From assembly GCA_013822855.1 (NCBI GenBank), contig PNLE01000003.1, positions 1-56,640 of the forward strand: a stretch of 56,640 nt of DNA, in the 5' to 3' direction. A program made the position numbers and the translations under genes. Of the stretch, positions 31,020 through 39,695 are shown piece after piece. Position 1 is the stretch's first letter. Each line of letters starts with the position of its first letter. Below the pieces are notes generated by a model that had not been told where the DNA came from, searched no databases, and saw only the letters and a list, made by a program, of their open reading frames with translations. This stretch comes from Planctomyces sp. (GTDB lineage Bacteria; Planctomycetota; Planctomycetia; Planctomycetales; Planctomycetaceae).

Positions 31020-32765
31020 CTATGGATTCGTCGGGCCCGGCGAAATCTGCACGCTGTTGTCAACGCTTCCAGGTGCTTGGCCATTCTGCCCATCCTGGGG
31101 CTTCTGCTTCACACGGACGAGCAGGCACTGCTCCGTCTTGTCCTTGCCCAGATGGATGATGGCTGGCGATTCGTCCTTGGTGAGGTTGTAAAGCCCCGTC
31201 TCGTAGACGGTTGTCGTGTCAGTACCGGCCGTGAAGGCGACCTTCTGGGTCTGCATGTCGACGGCCCCGGTGATCGGCAGCGTTTTGTCGGTACTGGCGT
31301 CGACCAAGTTTCCGCGAATCACACCCGCCTTGTTGACTGCCAGTTGGACAGTCGTGGTCGAGTTGGTCTGGCCACTCAACGAGAGGACGAACACTCCCAA
31401 GGGAAGCCAGTCCCCTTGGTTGGTGACGGGAAGCTGGGTTCCCACGCTGGCCAGGTTCGAGGCCTGATTGTAGTAATCGGCCTGGCTCCCCATGTCCTGG
31501 TTGTTCACGTAAACCTGATCATTTTGATAGACGACGTTATTGCCGTAATCGTAGTAGATCGGTGCGATGTCATCGAAGCCGCAGTAGGCACCCGCCAAGG
31601 CCCAGGTGGCGGTGTTCCAAGCAGCTCCCGTCGCCCATCCAGCGGCGAACCAGGCACCGGGATGATTCCCATACCAGCCCCGGCCATAGAAGTTGTAATT
31701 GTTGAAATTCGCGCGGCAGTAATTCGCCGTCGTGTACCGCGAAGTGGGCGACATGGGGGTGTAGCCGGAGACGAAACGTCCGGCGGCGACACCGTTCGGC
31801 CCAGCGACAACGCCCCGCCCCGCCACGGTTCCATTGGGTCCGCGCACACCTTCGCCAGCGGCCACGCGACCATCGGGCCCAACCGCGACTCCACGACCGG
31901 CCTCCGCGCCACCGGGCCCACGAACTCCGCCACCCGCCGCTACTCCGCCATTGGGACCAACGGCGATCCCTTGTCCTGCCGCACCACCGTTCGCCCCCTC
32001 GACACCACGGCCAGCAACGGCCCCACCGTTGGGACCCTCCGCCGCACCACGGCCATAGGTGTTGCCACCGGGGCCGGTGACGGTCGTCCCCGACGCCGAG
32101 CCGCCTCGTGGCCCATCATAAGAGCCGTGATTAACATCAAAGGCCCCGCCATTGGAACTCAGACCGTGCATGCCCTCGTCGGAAGGGAGGCCCAGGAAGC
32201 TGTTGAGCTGGCTACGGCTGGGTGCGTTTCCATAGGCGCCGCCTAGATCGCCTCGATTGAAGCCGTTGGCTCCACCGAGACCGTTGCCGCCCAAGTTGCC
32301 GCGATCGAAGCCGCCCCCACCCAGGTTTCCGCCATTCAGGTTGCCGCGATCAAAACCGCCACCACCGAGGTTTCCACCTCCCAGATTGCGGTTGTCGAAG
32401 CCACCGCCAGCGACTCCGCCCCCGCCGCCCCCGAAGTTACCGCGATCGAAGCTTCCGCCGCCGCCAAAGTTACCGCCGCCCGCTCCACCTCTGTCAAATC
32501 CGCCACCACCTGCGCCTCCAAAAGAGCCGCCCCCGCCAAAGCTTCCGCCACGGTCGAAGCCACCACCTCCTCCGCCGAAGCTTCCGCCACCCCCGCCAAA
32601 GCTGTGGCCACCCCCGCTGAATCCACCACCGCCACCGCTAAAGCCGCCACCACCCCCACGGAAGCCGCCACCCCCTCCGCCGCCGAAGCCGCGGGCGAAA
32701 CAGGGATCGGCCCATGTCAAACCGACGAGCACAAAAGCCACAGGGAACCAGCAATATCGAATCAT
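31020..32765 (-). CDS. Secreted glycine-rich low-complexity protein with GGF/FG-type repeats and ~11-aa Gly/Ala/Val periodic repeats; structured C-terminal domain
   Basis: Signal peptide MIRYCWFPVAFVLVGLTWA. Then (GGGGGF/S)n and GGFDRGN(L/F) repeats, then AGRGV.VGPNGG repeats, then a Tyr/Asn-rich block and a ~150-aa non-repetitive C-terminus. Overlapping + strand ORFs (30930..32246, Pro-rich 32257..32769) are complement shadows of GGN codons. Confidence 0.6.
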   Translation of the reverse strand: MIRYCWFPVAFVLVGLTWADPCFARGFGGGGGGGFRGGGGGFSGGGGGFSGGGHSFGGGGGSFGGGGGGFDRGGSFGGGGSFGGAGGGGFDRGGAGGGNFGGGGSFDRGNFGGGGGGVAGGGFDNRNLGGGNLGGGGFDRGNLNGGNLGGGGFDRGNLGGNGLGGANGFNRGDLGGAYGNAPSRSQLNSFLGLPSDEGMHGLSSNGGAFDVNHGSYDGPRGGSASGTTVTGPGGNTYGRGAAEGPNGGAVAGRGVEGANGGAAGQGIAVGPNGGVAAGGGVRGPGGAEAGRGVAVGPDGRVAAGEGVRGPNGTVAGRGVVAGPNGVAAGRFVSGYTPMSPTSRYTTANYCRANFNNYNFYGRGWYGNHPGAWFAAGWATGAAWNTATWALAGAYCGFDDIAPIYYDYGNNVVYQNDQVYVNNQDMGSQADYYNQASNLASVGTQLPVTNQGDWLPLGVFVLSLSGQTNSTTTVQLAVNKAGVIRGNLVDASTDKTLPITGAVDMQTQKVAFTAGTDTTTVYETGLYNLTKDESPAIIHLGKDKTEQCLLVRVKQKPQDGQNGQAPGSVDNSVQISPGPTNP

Positions 32766-32899
32766 TTGAGAAATCCTCGTTTCGAGGTGAAGTGATTGTC
32801 GAGTCGAAATCAGATCGCGATGGCCGCGTCAGAGTCGGCCGGGCCAGTCGATGAGTGTCATTCGTGGGAGTGGGATGAAAGCAAGATCGTCATTGGCAA

Positions 32900-33853
32900 T
32901 CAGGGTTGCCGCTTGAGGATGACTTCATCGGTGTCAGGCAGGGGGATGTCACCCACCCGGCGTCCGATCGAACGCCAGCTTTGGGCGTTGTCATCGATGC
33001 GATTGAGGATATTGACGGCGAATGTCGGAGTGCCGTCGATCGTGATGCCCCGCACCGCCGCCGCCCAGCCTTGGGATTCGGCCGTCCAGATGCCGATGGC
33101 GATCGAACCATCGGAGCCGAAATTCCAGGACTGGATCTGACCCGTGGCCGGGCTGTAGCCAATGATCTGGAGACCCGAGGTCACGCTCTGGTCTGGATGC
33201 TTGACCGTATAAGTGCGCTTCAAAAAGCTCTTGTTGGCGGTCCATTCGAAGACCGATTCGCTGGTAGAACCATGCTCTTCGGCGGTCCACTTGCCAACGA
33301 GCCAATCCAGATCGGCCAATTGACGTCGGGCGGCGGGAATGGCCACCGGCAGATCGCGAACGCTGGCCATCCTCCAGACGCCGCCCTCTTTGACATGCAC
33401 CGCCGTGTAGCGGGAGAAGGGGGCCGCCCCGGGAGGTGTGGGCATCAGAAATGACCGTCCATCCTCAATTGCGGTCGATTCACTCAGCAGTCGCAGCGAG
33501 TCGATTTCTACCTTGATTTTCAGCTTCGGGTTGGCTTTGAAGAATTCGGCATACTCCTCCTGGATCTGGGCTCGGCCCACGCTGAGCTGGCCGGTCTCGG
33601 ACGAATACTCACCTTCCTTTGTCCAAAGTTCCCCCACTGCCTTCGCGTCACCGCGGTTGAAGGCCTCGACAAAGGCAAGGGACGATTTCCGCACCGCTTC
33701 GAGTTCCGGATTCTCCGGTGGCTTGGCGGGAGCTTTGGCAGTTGCCGGAGCGGGTTTTGTGGCAGCGGGTGCGGCCACTGGCGGCTGTGCCTGCGCCGTC
33801 GTGGCGCAAATCAAAACTGTGAGGCCCAGACTAAGGCAGATGGGGCAACGCAT
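32900..33853 (-). CDS. Secreted tandem SnoaL-like/NTF2-like (DUF4440-type) domain protein
   Basis: Signal peptide MRCPICLSLGLTVLICATTAQA and a Pro/Ala-rich linker. AFVEAFNRGDAKAVGELWTKEGEY is typical of the SgcJ/EcaC/SnoaL-like fold, with a second similar half. ORF track start 33913. Confidence 0.55.
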   Translation of the reverse strand: MRCPICLSLGLTVLICATTAQAQPPVAAPAATKPAPATAKAPAKPPENPELEAVRKSSLAFVEAFNRGDAKAVGELWTKEGEYSSETGQLSVGRAQIQEEYAEFFKANPKLKIKVEIDSLRLLSESTAIEDGRSFLMPTPPGAAPFSRYTAVHVKEGGVWRMASVRDLPVAIPAARRQLADLDWLVGKWTAEEHGSTSESVFEWTANKSFLKRTYTVKHPDQSVTSGLQIIGYSPATGQIQSWNFGSDGSIAIGIWTAESQGWAAAVRGITIDGTPTFAVNILNRIDDNAQSWRSIGRRVGDIPLPDTDEVILKRQP

Positions 33854-33984
33854 AGACAACCTTGAAATGTGTGAAGCAACGTCGAGTCGTCGTCTCGCCA
33901 GTGGGCGAAACACTACTTCGTACTCTACTGCCGAAATTCATGAACACGGAATGAAAAAATGGACAAGTCGACGCCCCGGCCCCT

Positions 33985-34950
33985 TTGGGCTACAAATGGG
34001 GCGAAAAATCAACGCCCGCTACCCGGATTGAGGAGTTCGCCCGCTTGTCCCGCTCGCAGCCACTGACGGGAGTCACCTTTTCGCTGACGATGCTCACGGT
34101 GCTGCTTTGGGCGGGCAATCCGGTGGCGACGAGTTTCTCCGCCGATGTGCTCCCCCCGATCGCCATTTCGGGGATCCGATTTCTTCTGGCCACGGGCTTC
34201 ATGTTCGCCTGGTGCCTCGTCGAACGAGCGCCGATGGCTCTGAAAAGCGGGCAATATGTCCCGGTGCTCATCGCGGGAACGCTGCTGGCACTCCAGATCT
34301 GGACGTTCACCCTGGGTGTGGCGTGGTCGAGTTCCAGCCATTCCTCGCTGCTCATCAACAGCTACGTTTTCTTCGTGGTGATTTGTGATCACTTCATCAC
34401 GCGGCAGTACCGCCTGGGATATTGGGCCTGGGGCGGGTTCTGGCTGGCCATGGCCGGTGTCACGGGGCTTCTGCTGACAGTCGACCCCGCCGCCCAATCC
34501 CAGCGTGACGCACCGACGCTGACTGGCGATCTCATCACGTTGTTCAGCGCGTTCCTGTTCGCGGCGAAGCTGTTGTACTCGAAGCAGGCACTCAAGGTGA
34601 TTGGGGCCACGCAACTCATCTTCTGGCACGATGTGGTGGCGGTGGTGCTGTTCGCGGTGCTCAGTTTCAGCACCGAGCAGGTCGCGTGGCACGCAGTGAC
34701 CCCGGTCGGCTGGGTGGCGCTTGTCTACCAGGGAGTCCTCGTCGGAGGACTGTGCTTCGGCTTACAGACTTGGCTGCTGAAATGGCACAGTGCCTCGCAG
34801 ATCGCCATCTTCAGCTTTCTGACGCCATTGATGGGGATCGCGCTCTCGTCCTTGCTCCGGGGAGATCGCCTGACTCCCGCGATGGGAATCGCCGGTGCCT
34901 GTGTCGCGATCGGCATCATCTTTGTTCAACGCGATCAGAAGTCGAACTGA
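33985..34950 (+). CDS. EamA/DMT-superfamily transporter (10-TM drug/metabolite exporter)
   Basis: Ten hydrophobic segments in two 5-TM halves. The true start may be internal. Confidence 0.65.
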   Translation: MGYKWGEKSTPATRIEEFARLSRSQPLTGVTFSLTMLTVLLWAGNPVATSFSADVLPPIAISGIRFLLATGFMFAWCLVERAPMALKSGQYVPVLIAGTLLALQIWTFTLGVAWSSSSHSSLLINSYVFFVVICDHFITRQYRLGYWAWGGFWLAMAGVTGLLLTVDPAAQSQRDAPTLTGDLITLFSAFLFAAKLLYSKQALKVIGATQLIFWHDVVAVVLFAVLSFSTEQVAWHAVTPVGWVALVYQGVLVGGLCFGLQTWLLKWHSASQIAIFSFLTPLMGIALSSLLRGDRLTPAMGIAGACVAIGIIFVQRDQKSN

Positions 34951-35175
34951 CGATGACCGGGTGCCTGCTGCGTGCCATGCATGCAGTTTTGGGCAAGCAG
35001 ATTTTTGCGGTCTTCAAAGTCCCATTTCAAGTTGCGATTCGTATGTGGATTCGCCACTTCAAGCTGGCTCACAAACTTAGATTGATAAATCGCAACAGAC
35101 AAGGCCAAAGACAAACACCCGGCATGAAACGCATGTCGGGTGTTTGTCTGTTTTCAGGAGGTGTGAAACAGGTAT

Positions 35176-36015
35176 TTATGCCATGCCCTGCTTCATGAAC
35201 TTCAAAGCGTTTTTGGCGAGGTAGGCTTCGTCCGGGAACATGCGGCGCCAGATCTTCGTGGCGGCGGCGATCGCCGGGAGGGCCAGGCCGAAGGCTTCAA
35301 CCATCAGCCAGCCGTCGTACTTGAGTTCCTTGAGCATCTTGAAGGTGGTATCGAAATCGACGTGACCTTCGCCCGGCGTCGAGCGGTCGTTCTCCGAGAT
35401 GTGGACGTGGACCACCTGATCCCAGCAGCCCTTCATCGCGGCGGCAAGATCCTTTTCCTCGATGTTCGCGTGGAACGTGTCGTACATCATCTTGAGATTG
35501 GGGTGGTTGACCTCGCGGCAAAACTTCGCATCGTCGGCCGCGCACGTGAGGAAATAGCACTCGAAGCGGTTCAAGTATTCGCAGACCAGTGTGATGTCGT
35601 GCTTCTGGGCGTAGTCGGCGGCCTGGGTGAGCGTCTCCTTGCCCCAGTTCCATTCGTCGGCGGTCGCTCCCTGGCCGCTGAAGGATCCGATGGCCGAGTG
35701 GATCGGGCCGCACAGATGCGTGACACCGGCGGCGGCGCAACAGTCGATCGCCTTCTTGAGCCGGGCAAGGGCCGCTTCCCGGATCGCCTTGTCGGGCGAG
35801 ATGGGGTTCTCGGTATCAGTGCAGATAGTGACGGCGGTGCGACCCAGATCGAGCCGGGAAAGCTCTTTGCCGACCTTTTCGAAGCGAGCGACATCCATAT
35901 CGAAGATCGGCAGTTCGACGCCGTCGTAGCCGTAGGACTTGAGCTGCTCGAGGAGCGGGAAGTGCTCTTCGTTCACGTCGGAGGTCCACAGGAGCATGTT
36001 CATGCCGTACTTCAT
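35176..36015 (-). CDS. Sugar phosphate isomerase/epimerase (xylose-isomerase-like TIM barrel)
   Basis: AP-endo2/XylI-like TIM-barrel family resemblance across full length (…VHVHISENDRSTPGEGHVDF…). Confidence 0.65.
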   Translation of the reverse strand: MKYGMNMLLWTSDVNEEHFPLLEQLKSYGYDGVELPIFDMDVARFEKVGKELSRLDLGRTAVTICTDTENPISPDKAIREAALARLKKAIDCCAAAGVTHLCGPIHSAIGSFSGQGATADEWNWGKETLTQAADYAQKHDITLVCEYLNRFECYFLTCAADDAKFCREVNHPNLKMMYDTFHANIEEKDLAAAMKGCWDQVVHVHISENDRSTPGEGHVDFDTTFKMLKELKYDGWLMVEAFGLALPAIAAATKIWRRMFPDEAYLAKNALKFMKQGMA

Positions 36016-36102
36016 CGGTCGATCCTCGCTGGTTGGTGATTGGGCGGGTGGTCCATCGGAGTGGCTGGGTGTTTCGCCGACCGGCAGTGAGCCAGCGACG
36101 AT

Positions 36103-36858
36103 TCATCGGCGAGGCCAAGGGTACAGTTCTTCGGGCAAGAGTTCATCAGTCCGCCGTTCGACAAGTGTTCGCGCCGGGCCGAGGGCGGCTTCGAGATTGT
36201 GGGGCATCTCATCCAACCCCACCCGCTTCCAGACCTGCCGCAACCGCCAGCCGAGGAGTGCGTCGTCAATGTAGTCGGGAAGAAACCGCTCCTCGAGAAA
36301 CGCGGGGATGAACCAATCCAAGGCGGTGGTCCGATGCGTCGAGGCGAGGTTGACGGCCTGTTCGACAACGCTCGGCTCGACCGATCGCATCGTTTCGTAA
36401 TATCGGTCGATGGCACCGGGATAACGTGCCATCAGGCTCGCATCAAGCAGCAGTTCGGTCGCAATATGAGCTAGGAACCCTCCTCGAAAGCCATCCTGGG
36501 CACCGAACGCCATGCGAAAATCGAGTGTCAGCCGGGCCAGCGTTTCCTGGAAGGCGGCTGTCCGATGGAACCAGAGATCGTCGTGATGATGACGTTCAAT
36601 CCCCGCCAGGACTGACATTGCCTGGGCTCTCCGCACCGGGTCGGGAAAGGCCTCGACAACTTTTTCTACCGGCAGACGTTCGGGCCTTGGACGTGTTCTG
36701 CGGGCAATCGTGCCCAGCCAGTCGGGCACCGCCGTCCCCGCGATGAACCACGGGTCGTCGAGATGGGGCAGGGCGTGGGTGAAGTAGTTCAAACCTCTCT
36801 CCGGCGGTCGATGGCAGGCTCTCTCCAGCAATGTGAGGCGAATCCCTGTTGCCCGCAA
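36103..36858 (-). CDS. Hypothetical protein; weak resemblance to ACP-phosphodiesterase (AcpH)-like N-terminus
   Basis: N-terminus LNYFTHALPHLDDPWF versus AcpH MNFLAHLHLA. Low-confidence family guess. Confidence 0.4.
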   Translation of the reverse strand: MRATGIRLTLLERACHRPPERGLNYFTHALPHLDDPWFIAGTAVPDWLGTIARRTRPRPERLPVEKVVEAFPDPVRRAQAMSVLAGIERHHHDDLWFHRTAAFQETLARLTLDFRMAFGAQDGFRGGFLAHIATELLLDASLMARYPGAIDRYYETMRSVEPSVVEQAVNLASTHRTTALDWFIPAFLEERFLPDYIDDALLGWRLRQVWKRVGLDEMPHNLEAALGPARTLVERRTDELLPEELYPWPRR

Positions 36859-36954
36859 TGAACCGTCGGGCGTAATTTAAAGGGATGAAGAAGGATCGTG
36901 CCGGCGCGGGATTGGTCTGCCTCCCGCCCCGCTTCCAAGGAAAGCGAGTTGACG

Positions 36955-38112
36955 ATGTTCCTGCAAACGGTTGCGAAACGATGCTTCATGGCGGGCGGGG
37001 TGGCACTGGCCTTGATGCTTGGCTCGCCCTCCGCCTGGGCTCAGGTGCCGCCCCGATCGAACGCGCCCGGAAAGCCGCCAGCCACCACTCGCAGCGACAA
37101 AACCCCGACAACCCTGATCGGCATGGAGTTGTTGACGGGGGATCCATCGGCGGCTCTTCACGCACACGCTTGGCGGGCGACGCTGGAGGAGATGGATGTC
37201 ACTCTCAGTACCCGCAAGCCGATCCTCGACGACAAGCCGCGGGTCGAGCAGCAGATGCTGGGAACCTTGCGGAAGATCACCATCGTGGCGACCCTGACCC
37301 GTGATGGATCGATCAAGACGGATCGCAAAACATTCGCCCAGAGGGATGTGGCGGCCCTCAAGGAATGGATCGACGAACTGCGGGTTTATGGGGCTCAGGG
37401 GACACCGCAGGGGCAGCCGCTGTGGGGACTGAGTGAATTGCAGTTCAATCCCCTCTACGACGCGCTGAGCCAGCCATTGGGAGTGGAACTCAAGGGGAAA
37501 TCCCTGGCAGAGGTCATCGCCGCGATTCCCCTCAAAGATCGATTTCCCCTGCGGGTTTCGGAACAAGCCTCACTCTCCCTTTCCAAGCGGCCCGAGGAGC
37601 ATCGGCTCGTCCGGCAAACAACCGGTCGATTCACCATTGGCACCGCTTTGGCGCTGGCCCTGCGTGATCTGGAGTTGGGATACCGCCCACGACGCACCCC
37701 GGCGGGCGAGATCGAGCTGGTGGTTGATCCGCTGCCGGAGAAATTGCCGACACTTGTGATTGACAATGCGGACTTCTGGCCCGTCGGTTGGCCGGTGAAA
37801 CTCGGTCCGCAAAAGTTGGCACCGGGGCTGTACGACATCCAGGCGATGCAGTTGGATGGCATGACGCTCGGTGAAGTCCTCATCAAGGCGCAGGCCGAAG
37901 GGAAAGTTCCTATTCACTTCGATTTCGCCGCGATCGACCGGGCGGGAATTGATGTTGTCACACCTAAAGTGAAGTATCCCAGCCGGAAAACGAGTTGGAG
38001 CATTGCCGTTCGCGGCTGCGTTTCGCAGGCCGGGATGTCGCGGGAGCTCTTGCAGGACGAAGGAGGGCATCCCTTTTTGTGGATCTATAAGAACCCCTCC
38101 TCGATCGATTGA
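36955..38112 (+). CDS. Secreted hypothetical protein
   Basis: Signal peptide MFLQTVAKRCFMAGGVALALMLGSPSAWA. ORF track start 36898. No motif recognised. Confidence 0.5.
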   Translation: MFLQTVAKRCFMAGGVALALMLGSPSAWAQVPPRSNAPGKPPATTRSDKTPTTLIGMELLTGDPSAALHAHAWRATLEEMDVTLSTRKPILDDKPRVEQQMLGTLRKITIVATLTRDGSIKTDRKTFAQRDVAALKEWIDELRVYGAQGTPQGQPLWGLSELQFNPLYDALSQPLGVELKGKSLAEVIAAIPLKDRFPLRVSEQASLSLSKRPEEHRLVRQTTGRFTIGTALALALRDLELGYRPRRTPAGEIELVVDPLPEKLPTLVIDNADFWPVGWPVKLGPQKLAPGLYDIQAMQLDGMTLGEVLIKAQAEGKVPIHFDFAAIDRAGIDVVTPKVKYPSRKTSWSIAVRGCVSQAGMSRELLQDEGGHPFLWIYKNPSSID

Positions 38113-38270
38113 AATTCTGGCTGCATACCCACCGGCAGGCAGTTCATGCCGATTCTAAATCGTGTTCACCGCTTTGAATCCTTCCCATAGACTCACGGGA
38201 CACTTCGCGAGGTCATGTGATTCTCGTGAAGGCCTGCAGCCTGAGGCAAGCGTTTGAACAAGGTGCGATC

Positions 38271-39263
38271 ATGGAAGACGCCACGGAAGGCGAAGCTGGG
38301 CTCGCGACGTTGTCGATCGAGGATTCGGTCTCTTTGATCGACTCGAATACGCATGGGGTTTCGGCGGTGGATCGTCGCTGGGCACCGCTGATGTTTTTCG
38401 CCTCGCTCATCTCGCTGGTTTTCTTCAGCGGCGTGCTGCACCTGCACGACCGGCCCGAGTTCCTGCCGATCTTCGCCATTTGTGTGGCAGGGTCATTGGC
38501 GGTCTACCCGCTATTCGTCGCAGAGCTCTTCTCCCGTTGGGCCGCCCGCGATCCCAAGTGGCCTCGATTTGTCCTCTTCTGCCTATTGCCCCCGTTGCGC
38601 CTGACATGCCGCAGCCAGGATCGAACCGCCGTCTGGTTCCCGAAGATCGGCTGGACACCTGTGGGGCCGGCATCTTTTGTGGCGATGCAGAACCGCTTGT
38701 CGGGGCCGCTGTTCGGTGTGGCCATGGCCGTGCTGCCGCTCATCGCGGTGGAATTCATCTACCACGAGCGGCTTTCGGCGGACGCCCGGCTCGACGCGGC
38801 CGTTCGCCTGGGGACGGCTTTCGTCTGGTTGGCCTTCACGGTCGAGTTCTTCACGATGATCAGCCTCACCGACCGGCAGACGAAATACATCCGCACGAAC
38901 TGGCTCGATCTGGCGATCATCCTGATGCCCCTGGCGATGTTCGCCCAGGCGGCGCAACTCGGCGGCATCCTGCGGCTGCAGCAGCTTTCCAAATTGGGCC
39001 GGGCCTATCGCCTGCGGGGCGTGGCGATGCGGATGTTCCGCGTGCTGCTCCTGATGAAAGCGATGCAGAAGATCATGGCGCCCGCATCGGAAGGGCGCTT
39101 GTCGCAACTTCGCGAGGAAGCCATCGAAACGGCGCAGAAGCTCGAAGAACTGCAGCGGCAGATTGCCGAAATCGAAACCGTGCTGGCGGAGCGGAAGGCG
39201 GCTCGACTAGGCAAGGCGAACGAGAAGCTTTCGCAACAGTCGTCGCATCGGGAAGCGGCGTGA
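38271..39263 (+). CDS. Membrane protein with voltage-sensor-like S4 helix (periodic Arg/Lys) and C-terminal coiled coil
   Basis: ~5-6 TM segments. Last helix ...LGGILRLQQLSKLGRAYRLRGVAMRMFRVLLL has basic residues at ~3-residue spacing. No obvious pore (GYG-type) sequence. C-terminal heptad-like EAIETAQKLEELQRQIAEIETVLAERKAA. Confidence 0.5.
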   Translation: MEDATEGEAGLATLSIEDSVSLIDSNTHGVSAVDRRWAPLMFFASLISLVFFSGVLHLHDRPEFLPIFAICVAGSLAVYPLFVAELFSRWAARDPKWPRFVLFCLLPPLRLTCRSQDRTAVWFPKIGWTPVGPASFVAMQNRLSGPLFGVAMAVLPLIAVEFIYHERLSADARLDAAVRLGTAFVWLAFTVEFFTMISLTDRQTKYIRTNWLDLAIILMPLAMFAQAAQLGGILRLQQLSKLGRAYRLRGVAMRMFRVLLLMKAMQKIMAPASEGRLSQLREEAIETAQKLEELQRQIAEIETVLAERKAARLGKANEKLSQQSSHREAA

Positions 39264-39557
39264 TGAGGCGCGTTGACTCTTGATGGCGTCTCGGGCGGCG
39301 TCGGCGAGTGATCCGCAGTAACGCGTCCTGATTTGAGACGACACAAAAGTGGGAACTCGCCCTCACCCCGTCCCTCTCCCATAGGAATGGGCGAGGGAGC
39401 AAAGGCAGAATCCCGGCGAATAAGAGATACGCCGGGAGTCTAAGGCGAATAACGGGAGAGGAGACCACACCCTTCGAGGACTCAGCGACGTGCCACCCAC
39501 TCTTCTATTTCTCAACAACCAACAACCAACAAAACCCACTCCCACCAAAAACAGACA

Positions 39558-39584
39558 CGGGGATGGGAAAAAATCCCATCCCCG
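39558..39584. terminator. Hairpin CGGGGATGGG-AAAAAA-CCCATCCCCG between convergent genes; T-rich tract on minus strand
   Basis: Read directly. On the minus strand it is followed by GTGTCTGTTTTTGG. Confidence 0.6.
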
Positions 39585-39695
39585 CGGCTCGCAGGACATC
39601 CGTGAACGCGATGAGGCCAGATAGGCCGCCGGAAGTCCGCAAAGTCTTCCGGCGGCGGTATCGAGTCAAATCAGATCAGATTCACCGTCTTCAAA

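Noticed and set aside
30930-32769. 438-aa + ORF and Pro-rich 170-aa + ORF opposite the Gly-rich gene
   Set aside because: Reverse complement of GGN codons yields NCC (Pro/Ala/Ser/Thr). These are compositional mirror artefacts. The minus-strand frame has the signal peptide and a structured C-terminus.
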